Made by a program: the position numbers and the translations under genes. A stretch of DNA of 64,000 bases from a virus: positions 1 to 64,000 of IMG/VR virus record IMGVR_UViG_3300042484_001840, one strand, 5' to 3'. Shown piece after piece: positions 56,122-64,000 of this stretch (position 1 is its first letter; each line of letters begins with the position of its first letter). The notes beneath the pieces were generated by a model. The model made no database searches, was not told where the DNA came from, and saw only the letters and a list, made by a program, of their open reading frames with translations.

Positions 56122-57420
56122 ATGTCAGTAGACGAAGGTCGCCTCACAGAATTGCAGTCTGCACTGCGTTCAAAAATGGCTGATAACAAGGCTATCGCTG
56201 ATTCGTTCAGCATTGAAGATGGCGTTGTACAGGTCACCACCCAGCAAAAGTCAGCGTTTGACAAGAACATGTCAGACATCAAGGAAATCAAGAGCCTCAT
56301 TGAGGGTCTTGAGTCCATGCGTCAGGTTGAGCAGTGGGGTTCCGCCCCTATCAGCGATTCAATCGCTGCTACTGCCGCTGCTGCAGGATTCCACATTCCC
56401 CGTGGCGCTAAGAGCCTCGGTGAATTGTTTATTGATTCGCCTGAATTCAAGTCGCTTGCTGGCGGTAAGAATGGCGCAAACATGCCCAGCCCGTTCCAGT
56501 TGAACGGTAGCGTTGCAGGACTCGGTTCATTCAGCCAGAAGGACTTGTACTCGTCATTGCCGAGCGGTACCCCTGGTTCGTTCGGTAGCATCCAACGCGA
56601 CCCGATTGTTGTGCCCCCCATGCGTACCAAGCGCGTTCGTGACTTGTTCCCAACCCGCACCACCACTGCCGCCGTTATTGAATACTTCCGTATGACTGGC
56701 TTCACCAACGCCGCTTCAACCGTTGCCGAGCGCAATGGTGGAAACACTGCATTCGGTGCAAAGCCACAGTCGGGCTTCACTTTCGCTGGCGCTCAAGCCC
56801 CCGTTCGTACCTTGGCTCACTGGGAAGCCGCTCACCGCAATGTTCTTGCCGATGAACCGCAATTGCGTTCAATCATTGACAACGAATTGATGTACGGTCT
56901 GCGTCTTGCCGAAGATGACCAAATCCTCAACGGTGACGGAACTGGCGAAAACCTTGAAGGTGTTCTCCAGACCTCGGGCATCCAGACATACGCAAAGGGC
57001 GACAGTGGCGTTGCTTCTGACAACTATGCTGACGCGATTCGTCGTGCGGCTACCTTGTCGTTCCTCGCTTACTACGAGCCAACGGGCGTTGTCATGCACC
57101 CGAATGACTGGGAGCAGATTGAATTGTCCAAGGACGACAATGGTCAGTACCTCGTTGCTGTCAGCGTCGCCCTCGGTGGCGAACCCCGCTTGTGGCGCAT
57201 CCCCGTTGTGGAAACTCCAGCAATTGCTGAAGGAACCGCTTTGGTTGGTGCCTTCGGTACGGGCGCACAGTTGTACGACCGTGAGCAGGCTTCAATTCGC
57301 ATCAGCGAACAGCATGCTGACTTCTTCGTGCGTAACGCCATCGTGATTCTTGCCGAACAGCGCCTTGCGCTCGCCGTCAAGCGTCCTGAGGCATTCGTTT
57401 CTGTGGACTTCACTTCCTGA
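56122..57420 (+). CDS. major capsid protein, HK97 fold with N-terminal delta domain
   Basis: VRTLAHW, EDDQILNGDGTG, VMHPNDW, LWRIPVVET and FVRNAIVILAEQRLALAVKRPEAF; AAGGAG RBS. Confidence 0.95.
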   Translation: MSVDEGRLTELQSALRSKMADNKAIADSFSIEDGVVQVTTQQKSAFDKNMSDIKEIKSLIEGLESMRQVEQWGSAPISDSIAATAAAAGFHIPRGAKSLGELFIDSPEFKSLAGGKNGANMPSPFQLNGSVAGLGSFSQKDLYSSLPSGTPGSFGSIQRDPIVVPPMRTKRVRDLFPTRTTTAAVIEYFRMTGFTNAASTVAERNGGNTAFGAKPQSGFTFAGAQAPVRTLAHWEAAHRNVLADEPQLRSIIDNELMYGLRLAEDDQILNGDGTGENLEGVLQTSGIQTYAKGDSGVASDNYADAIRRAATLSFLAYYEPTGVVMHPNDWEQIELSKDDNGQYLVAVSVALGGEPRLWRIPVVETPAIAEGTALVGAFGTGAQLYDREQASIRISEQHADFFVRNAIVILAEQRLALAVKRPEAFVSVDFTS

Positions 57421-57442
57421 TTCTAGAACGAATCAAGTGATT

Positions 57443-57467
57443 AGCCCCCCAGCAATGGGGGGCTTTT
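57443..57467 (+). terminator. intrinsic terminator after the capsid gene
   Basis: agcccccca-gcaa-tggggggct-ttt, with a GNRA loop. Confidence 0.85.
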
Positions 57468-57525
57468 CGCTGTTCTGGGGCAGGTTTAGGTTGTATAATT
57501 AGGTAGTCGTTTTAGGGAGAGTTTG

Positions 57526-58419
57526 ATGGCAGTTACTCAAAGTGCACGCTTACAGGTTTATAGGTGGACTGAAGATACCGATGAGTTCACTCGCGCCTAC
57601 ATGGACACCAGTCATGAAAATCTAGAATCTTATGCTGCCAAGTTAACAACTGGCATTAGTTTGCCCGCTGTTTCGTCTGCATATGCTCGTTCTTTCTTTT
57701 TTAACACCGCCACAGATAAACTTTATTTTTATGACACAGGTGACGCTTCTGGGGATTGGCGAGAAATCACCCTAGATCCGTCAGTTAATAAGTCAATCTT
57801 TACTGGCGCTGGTCAGATTCTTTATTCAACTGGTTCGGCTACCCCAGCGGTACTAGCCTCTGGGACTAGTGGGCAGTTTTTAACAACCAATGGCACTGCC
57901 CCAAGTTGGACTAGTGCTGTAGTTACTCCTACGGGCACTCAGACTCTTACTAACAAGACGCTGACATCACCAACGATCAATACCGCACCAATAAACCGTT
58001 CTGTATTGGGCGCTCCTTTTGAGAAGTGGGCAGTCTCTACTTCCGCAATTAGTACAAGTCTCAATACTGGCGTAAACCTATACATAGAAAACAACTCTGG
58101 CGCTTTTATGTATACGGGAAGCGCAACAAATACTTGGATTCCAAACATTAGTTATAGTGCTGCTCTAACGCTAAATAACAATATGGCAATTAATAACACT
58201 TTAACTGTCTCAGTTATTGCAAACATTGGCTCTACTGCCGCTTTTGCAAGTACTTTAAAGATTGATGATTCAACAGTGACGGTTCAATGGCAGGGAGGAC
58301 TCGTGCCCTCAACTGGCAACTCAAGTGCTTATGATGTTTATTCATACGCAATTGTTAAGACAGATACCTCTACTTACACTGTCTTTGGCTCAAGAACCAA
58401 ATTTGACACGGTTCCGTAA
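57526..58419 (+). CDS. virion fibre-like protein
   Basis: GTSGQFLTTNG.APSW and GTQTLTNKTLTSPTIN fibre motifs; C-terminal DVYSYAIVKT. Confidence 0.7.
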   Translation: MAVTQSARLQVYRWTEDTDEFTRAYMDTSHENLESYAAKLTTGISLPAVSSAYARSFFFNTATDKLYFYDTGDASGDWREITLDPSVNKSIFTGAGQILYSTGSATPAVLASGTSGQFLTTNGTAPSWTSAVVTPTGTQTLTNKTLTSPTINTAPINRSVLGAPFEKWAVSTSAISTSLNTGVNLYIENNSGAFMYTGSATNTWIPNISYSAALTLNNNMAINNTLTVSVIANIGSTAAFASTLKIDDSTVTVQWQGGLVPSTGNSSAYDVYSYAIVKTDTSTYTVFGSRTKFDTVP

Positions 58420-58421
58420 CT

Positions 58422-60143
58422 ATGCCTCTATTTTCTAGTTTTTCCGCGAGTTCTGCTCGCTCGTTAGGCTTGACGAGTGGAGCGCCTCCTGGTCCCCCAG
58501 TTATTACCAGTAATTCTTCAACCGCAACAACGCTTACTATTGGTATTACGCCAGTTCTTGGTTCTTTTGAAATTTCAAGATTTGAATACAGTCTCAATGG
58601 TGCGTCGTATACGGGTAATATTTCTGGCTCTGCTACCACATTTCAATTTACTGGACTAGTACCAAGTACTTCATACACAGTTCGTATTCGTGCCGTTGAT
58701 GCTTCTAGTCAGATTAGTGATGTGTCTAATCAGATAACACGAAGTACAACTGCCGAAATTCCACCTTCTGCTCCAAGCGTTAGCCTTACTCAAAGAGAGT
58801 CGGCTGTAGGTTCTGGTGGAACTGCAATTAATGCAACAAAACTTAATTTTTCGTATGGTGTCGCCACTGCTGGAACTTATCCAGTTACTTCCTATGAGTA
58901 CATTCTCTATCGGGGGGCAACGCTCATAACTGCGGCGGCGGTGCCGATGGCTCCGAATACAAATCACATCATTGAGGGCTTGACTCCAGGATCTTCGCAT
59001 ACTGTTTATGTCCGCGCTATTGCTACTGCGAATGGGACAACCCCTGGGGATTACGGTTCTGCAACTGCATCAACGGATACAGAAATTGCAAATAGCCCCC
59101 CTAGTCTAACTATCACGAGCCAAGATACAGTTAATGTCACATTTAGTGTTAGCGGCAGTACTGGCGGAACATACGGCGTAAGGGCATATCTTTGGCTTGT
59201 TGTCCGTAACTCCGATGGAGTGTGGGTTAATTCAGGTGAAACAACAAATACTTCAAACACAGTTAACGCTGGAACTCCACCTGATGGTAGTTTTACAATA
59301 TATGCAGCCGCAAAAAGTTTAGTAAGTAATCTACAAGGTAATAATTCATCTGTTGGCGGTCAGTTGAACCCACTAGTGCCAGCCCCCCCCATTATTTATT
59401 TCTCGTCTGAAAGTGCAAGCGAGCGAGGTACTGCCTATTTAGCATGGAATGCTGTTCCATACGCAACGCAATATCAGGTATTTAGAAATGGAGTTCATTA
59501 CGCCACAACTGGTTCAACATCGTACAATGTCCCAGTTTCTGCTGGCAGTAATTGGAACTTTTTTGTTAGGGCAGGCAATAGACTAGACCAGTTCTCTGGT
59601 AATTCCAATACCAAGTACATGACCACTGGCGCTACGGGTGTTCCGTGGTCCAGTACGGTTTCAACAGCAAGATACATTCAAAACTATGGTTCTTGCGTTC
59701 AGGGCGACTCAATTAGTAGTCTTGTTATCCAAGCACCAGCGTCTGCCAGTAATGAAAATGACGCTGGGCATTACTTTATTGAAAAAATCGGTTTTGAGGG
59801 TTTAAAAACTCCAGGTGGTTTTAATTTTATTCGCTCTTCAACCCGCCTTCTTTATATACAAAAAACATCAGGACCTTCACCAACCGTTCCTGAATGGTCG
59901 GCTGGGAAGCACACTATTAATAACTTTGCATTAAGTGAAACAACTGGGTTCATTTATGAATGGGGCGTTTATCAGGGTGGTGCAGACATTTCAAATGTGG
60001 TTTTTAAAGTGACTACAACACTGCAATACGGAGGCGGATGGGGTGCCTTTAATAGTGGTTGTTCACCACAAGCAGAATATTCTGTTATTGGTAGAAATAT
60101 AAAATTAACTGGAACTGTAGTAACAGCAACTACATATGGTTAA
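58422..60143 (+). CDS. fibronectin type III repeat virion protein
   Basis: TGLVPSTSYTVRIRAV, EGLTPGSSHTVYVRA and LAWNAV..ATQYQVFRNG. Confidence 0.8.
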   Translation: MPLFSSFSASSARSLGLTSGAPPGPPVITSNSSTATTLTIGITPVLGSFEISRFEYSLNGASYTGNISGSATTFQFTGLVPSTSYTVRIRAVDASSQISDVSNQITRSTTAEIPPSAPSVSLTQRESAVGSGGTAINATKLNFSYGVATAGTYPVTSYEYILYRGATLITAAAVPMAPNTNHIIEGLTPGSSHTVYVRAIATANGTTPGDYGSATASTDTEIANSPPSLTITSQDTVNVTFSVSGSTGGTYGVRAYLWLVVRNSDGVWVNSGETTNTSNTVNAGTPPDGSFTIYAAAKSLVSNLQGNNSSVGGQLNPLVPAPPIIYFSSESASERGTAYLAWNAVPYATQYQVFRNGVHYATTGSTSYNVPVSAGSNWNFFVRAGNRLDQFSGNSNTKYMTTGATGVPWSSTVSTARYIQNYGSCVQGDSISSLVIQAPASASNENDAGHYFIEKIGFEGLKTPGGFNFIRSSTRLLYIQKTSGPSPTVPEWSAGKHTINNFALSETTGFIYEWGVYQGGADISNVVFKVTTTLQYGGGWGAFNSGCSPQAEYSVIGRNIKLTGTVVTATTYG

Positions 60144-60184
60144 AACTATCACTATAAAGTAAATACCTATGTCATAATATAGGT

Positions 60185-60415
60185 GTGAAAACAATTCTTC
60201 TCCGCATCCTAGCAACATTCGCTGCTTCTGGTCTTGGCGTTATTGGAGCAGGCGCAATCGCTAATGTACCCATTTGGCAATCAATGCTTATGGCTGGAAT
60301 TGGTGGAGTTGCGCTAGTCGTAGAAGGTCTTTCACGGGCATATCTGGATGACGGCAAATTAACTAAAGATGAAATTAATGCCGTTTTCAGTAAGGTAGAC
60401 AAGAAGGCTAAGTGA
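60185..60415 (+). CDS. small membrane protein, holin-like
   Basis: Two TM helices and a charged tail (LDDGKLTKDEIN); near the endolysin. Confidence 0.55.
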   Translation: MKTILLRILATFAASGLGVIGAGAIANVPIWQSMLMAGIGGVALVVEGLSRAYLDDGKLTKDEINAVFSKVDKKAK

Positions 60416-60416
60416 C

Positions 60417-62447
60417 ATGACGGGCTTTTTTGACCGTCTGAAAAATATAGCAAAAACGCTATTTCGTCATGGTGGGCTTATTTATATACCAGTAGCAATC
60501 CTTGGCTTCTTTGCCCCTACTAACGCTAAAGCAGAAGTTCAATATGGCTTATCTGTGACTTTTTGGGATAACTACACGGGTCAAAATGGGCAGTTTAACA
60601 ATGCTCCGCCAATTCCTCCAACAACTCCCATCTGCTTAGAAACTACATACTTTTCCCTAGTTCATAACTTTAGTAACACCCCTGTCTGTGGAATTTATGA
60701 TGATTTTGTTATGCGTGCCGAAGGGTACATAACAGCACCCGTTAGCGGAACATACAGGCTATATCTGCACGGCGATGATGGTGTAAAACTTTACCTAGAT
60801 GATTCCATAATTATTGATGCTTGGTACGATTCTGGCAACGCTGGATACGCCGTAGATGTTGAGTTCACCGAAGGAGTCTCTAAGTCTTTGACGGCTTGGT
60901 ACTACGAAAATGGCGGCGGCGCACAAGTAAGGCTTGATTACCTAGTTGATGGTCAGTGGATTGCAGTCCCAGATTCTTGGTTTACTCAGAACATTCAAAC
61001 TCCCCCAACAACTACAACCACACTTCCCCCATACCTCAATCCAGTAACAAATTTAATTGCTGTTGCAAAACCAGATGGGAGCGTAGACCTAGGTTGGGAC
61101 GCACCAACATCAAGTAATGTTGATATCTACGCTTACTCAGTTAGTTTTTATGACCTTGACGAGATTGGTGGAACCACATCTGGTGGCTGGGGAGTTTGGA
61201 CTAATCAAGGAACAATTTATTCACTTGCTGAATATATGTTTTCTGGAAGTAATCCTGTCACGACTGGATACGGACCTGTACGCTTTGGTGTCAAAGCGGG
61301 AAATCAAAGTTGCTTTTCTAGTGAGGGCGTAGGTCCGTGTGTGTACGGTCCTGAATTAACTGTTGATGCGACTGTTTTTGACCCAACTCCACCCACAACA
61401 ACTACTCCAGAAATTCCAGAAACGACGACAACATGGGTTCCAGATACAACATCCACAATCCCTCCGATGACGAGTACTACTACTGTCCCCATAGAGACTG
61501 TCCCTGTAACGACGACAGAGCCGACGACAGAGCCACCTACAGAAACGACAGTGGCGGAAGAACCAGAGACCACACCGACAACTGAAGCGGAGGTTCCAGT
61601 TGAAACCAGTGCCCCAGAACCAGAACAAGAGGGACCCGACTCAACGCTACCTGAATCAACAGAACCACCCGAAACAACGCCAACGACGAGTGAAGCGCCG
61701 ATAGATGTCCCTGAGGATGTTCAAGATGCCGCTGAAGAGGCTGTTGATGAAATTCTAGCATCATCTGAAAATATTGAAGAACTATCTAATGCTGTTGATG
61801 AACTGGTTGCTGAGGCTGATACACCAGAAGAACTAGTAGCGGTTATTGACGCTCTTCTTGGGACTGACCTGACAGATGAGCAGTTTGACGCAGTTATTGA
61901 CTCTGTGTTCTCTGAGCCTTTGACGGATGAAAACTTCTCTGCTGCCCTTGACGCAGTATTTGAAGAACCTCTTTCTGATGAGCAGTTTGATTCTGTTATC
62001 ACTGCAATTTTAGACGAGCCATTATCTGACGAGCAATTTGAGGAACTTGTTAGCGTTCTTGAATCAGACTCCGTTACTGAAGAGCAGGTTTCATCTGCTG
62101 TTGATGAAATCATTGCTAATGAAATTTCAGAAGAGCAAGCAGTTGATCTTGCCACTAGTGCAAAAGTTTTGGAAAGCATTGATGGCGAGCAGGCAACAGA
62201 AATTTTTGATGCGGTTGAAATTTCTGCCGTGTCAGAAGAAGAAGCCGCCCAACTTGTAGAGGCTGTTCAAGATGCTCCAACTGAAGTAAAAGAAGCATTT
62301 GAAACTGAAATCAATATTTTCCAAGGCGCTATTGATATATATGTTCCGCTTGGCTCAAGTATTTCAGTTGGCGGACGGCGTGTAGTCGTTGCAGTCAGTA
62401 CCGTCATTGTTATTGCCCCTGCCCCAATTATATCTAGGAGACGCTAG
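60417..62447 (+). CDS. secreted/membrane protein: PA14 + FN3 + Thr/Pro linker + acidic repeats
   Basis: Signal peptide ending AKA; GDDGVKLYLD..YYENGGGA (PA14); EPLSDEQF repeats; hydrophobic C-terminus. Confidence 0.75.
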   Translation: MTGFFDRLKNIAKTLFRHGGLIYIPVAILGFFAPTNAKAEVQYGLSVTFWDNYTGQNGQFNNAPPIPPTTPICLETTYFSLVHNFSNTPVCGIYDDFVMRAEGYITAPVSGTYRLYLHGDDGVKLYLDDSIIIDAWYDSGNAGYAVDVEFTEGVSKSLTAWYYENGGGAQVRLDYLVDGQWIAVPDSWFTQNIQTPPTTTTTLPPYLNPVTNLIAVAKPDGSVDLGWDAPTSSNVDIYAYSVSFYDLDEIGGTTSGGWGVWTNQGTIYSLAEYMFSGSNPVTTGYGPVRFGVKAGNQSCFSSEGVGPCVYGPELTVDATVFDPTPPTTTTPEIPETTTTWVPDTTSTIPPMTSTTTVPIETVPVTTTEPTTEPPTETTVAEEPETTPTTEAEVPVETSAPEPEQEGPDSTLPESTEPPETTPTTSEAPIDVPEDVQDAAEEAVDEILASSENIEELSNAVDELVAEADTPEELVAVIDALLGTDLTDEQFDAVIDSVFSEPLTDENFSAALDAVFEEPLSDEQFDSVITAILDEPLSDEQFEELVSVLESDSVTEEQVSSAVDEIIANEISEEQAVDLATSAKVLESIDGEQATEIFDAVEISAVSEEEAAQLVEAVQDAPTEVKEAFETEINIFQGAIDIYVPLGSSISVGGRRVVVAVSTVIVIAPAPIISRRR

Positions 62448-63631
62448 TGAAAAAGTTTAAATATGTGTTTGTTTTAGTTGCTGTTGTTTTTGGATTGACT
62501 GCATCTCAATCTTTTGCAACAACAACTTCAATTGGCGATTCAGATTTTGAAAATGGCTCTTTGTCTGGATGGGAAAAAGGAACACAAACTGGTTCGCTTT
62601 CTAGCGGTCAAGTTAGCGGAAGCGGAAGTGGCGTTACATTAATCAATAGTTCTGTAACTTTTTCTGCTGGATCTAAGAATGCCGTTGGAAGCCCCACTAT
62701 TGGAGGTTTGCCCAACCCTTATTATGCTCCTGCCGTTGAGCCGACTACATGGACATTCTCCCCTTATGGGACATACGGGGTTGCGCTTCAGCCTAATGGT
62801 CAACAAACATTTGATAATGCAACATCAGCATTGGGATTGAGTTCATCTGAAAATACTGCTATTAAGTCAATGCTTTCAACGCAAGCATCACAATCAGGAA
62901 ATGGCAGTGGTGCGCCAACGGACGCTTCGTGGATTACAAAAGTAGTTACTCTTAATGCTGGAACGACATACACAATGTCATGGAACTACATTGGTACGGA
63001 CTATGTTCCATTCAATGATGGTTCTATTACTTCTCTTGTCTACCAAGGAAGTGGCACGCCTCCAGTAGTTACAGTCAATAACGGAGTATCAAAGTATGCC
63101 CTATTAGGTTTTACAAACCCAGGTACTGGAGATTACTCAACTGGAACCTTTGGTTCAACTGGGTGGCAAGTTTCAACATATCAAGTTTCTATTACGGGGA
63201 CTTACCTTTTAGGATTTGTTGTATTCAACCTAGATGACAATTCACTTTCTCCTGTTCTTTTGGTTGACAGTCAACCAGGTCTAACTTTAAAAAATGGTGA
63301 GAATTTTGGCGCAGTAACGCCAAATAATCCAGATGCACCTGTCGTCACGACATCCCCTCCAACAACTGTTCCCGCAGTAACAACTGCTCCGCCAACTACG
63401 GTTCCAGAAACCACGACCACAACACCGACTGTAACGATTGCTCCAGAAACAACAAGTCCTGAAGTTGTAGTTACCCCTGTAACGGAGCCAGTGGTAACCG
63501 TTCCTATTGAATCATTGCCAGTTACTGGAAATAGCGTCAATTTATTGTTTGTTTTTAGTTTGATATCAACCTTGATTGGACTCGGTTGTATTTGGATTCG
63601 CAAAGAAGGGATTAGTAAAGAAAATGTTTAA
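62447..63631 (+). CDS. LPxTG sortase-anchored surface protein
   Basis: Signal peptide, beta-rich domain, PTT linker, then LPVTG, a TM helix and RK. Confidence 0.8.
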   Translation: MKKFKYVFVLVAVVFGLTASQSFATTTSIGDSDFENGSLSGWEKGTQTGSLSSGQVSGSGSGVTLINSSVTFSAGSKNAVGSPTIGGLPNPYYAPAVEPTTWTFSPYGTYGVALQPNGQQTFDNATSALGLSSSENTAIKSMLSTQASQSGNGSGAPTDASWITKVVTLNAGTTYTMSWNYIGTDYVPFNDGSITSLVYQGSGTPPVVTVNNGVSKYALLGFTNPGTGDYSTGTFGSTGWQVSTYQVSITGTYLLGFVVFNLDDNSLSPVLLVDSQPGLTLKNGENFGAVTPNNPDAPVVTTSPPTTVPAVTTAPPTTVPETTTTTPTVTIAPETTSPEVVVTPVTEPVVTVPIESLPVTGNSVNLLFVFSLISTLIGLGCIWIRKEGISKENV

Positions 63632-63800
63632 AAAATTTCGTAGAGAGATTGCCGCACTTGCATGGACTCTTGGCGGAACCGCAATGGTTCTCATTACGCT
63701 GAGCGGTCAAACTTTGAATCAAGGTTTGTGGATTGTGCTTTTTTCATTTATTTTGCACATGATTGGCGTATTATTTACCAAAGATGATAACGATAAATAA
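63624..63800 (+). CDS. small two-TM membrane protein
   Basis: MFKKFRRE followed by two hydrophobic segments. Confidence 0.6.
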   Translation: MFKKFRREIAALAWTLGGTAMVLITLSGQTLNQGLWIVLFSFILHMIGVLFTKDDNDK

Positions 63801-63832
63801 TGTATAATATATAAAACACTTCTGGAGAAAAA

Positions 63833-64000
63833 ATGACACTTCCTTTCATTAAACTCGTCGTACCAACCGCTCTTAAGCAGTATAAGAATGGTCAGTTGGC
63901 AGAGAGTGTGCTTGCGCCAGTTAAAACAGGCGGAAAAATGTATGCACCTGTTGCTGCTGAATTCAACAAGATGTACGACGCGGCGCTTGCTGCTGGGTTC
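63833..64000 (+). CDS. probable endolysin, M15/VanY-like peptidase (partial)
   Basis: GGAG RBS; MTLPFIKLVVP..YKNGQL...AAEFNKMYDAALAAG resembles M15B N-termini. Catalytic residues lie outside the window. Confidence 0.5.
   Translation, partial: MTLPFIKLVVPTALKQYKNGQLAESVLAPVKTGGKMYAPVAAEFNKMYDAALAAGF

Noticed and set aside
31388-57420. Inteins, introns or a recoded stop codon explaining the long ORFs
   Set aside because: No intein splice or LAGLIDADG motifs noticed. TAA, TAG and TGA all end well-formed genes, and coding density is high in the standard code.
42724-62179. Numerous minus-strand ORFs opposite the long plus-strand genes
   Set aside because: Shadow frames fully nested in well-supported genes, with no recognisable motifs.
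1-64000. tRNA/rRNA genes, integrase, transposase
   Set aside because: Intergenic gaps are short, no cloverleaf was seen by eye, and no recombinase motifs were found. tRNAscan was not run.

Overview
This is a 64-kb segment of a large tailed dsDNA phage with a contractile tail and HK97-type head genes. The host is probably an actinobacterium: there are leaderless genes with TANNNT -10 boxes, an LPxTG surface protein and M15-type peptidases. Virion genes lie in two divergent arms. The minus arm (32.7 kb to 1) runs terminase, recombination genes (Rad52/Sak, Cas4-like exonuclease, HNH, RuvC-like), a ParB/PAPS-reductase-like/ParB/glycosyltransferase block, then neck, sheath, tube, frameshifted chaperone, tape measure, baseplate and fibres. 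The plus arm runs portal-MuF fusion, prohead protease, a ~19-kb insert of large multidomain proteins, major capsid protein, fibre/FN3 proteins and a surface-protein/lysis block. The main finding is the insert between protease and capsid. Three proteins share an RCPxGxQFGG..TD..C motif and together carry four HipA/PI3K-like kinase modules: one canonical, two with an atypical lysine position and one pseudokinase. Each module is followed by one small partner domain. A recurring xExK|[A/S/G] motif marks domain boundaries across the head operon. This is consistent with a capsid-packaged, protease-released kinase effector/partner system. A CACTAG-N18-TANNNT candidate late promoter precedes several structural operons. 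All assignments are from motif reading only; no searches were run.
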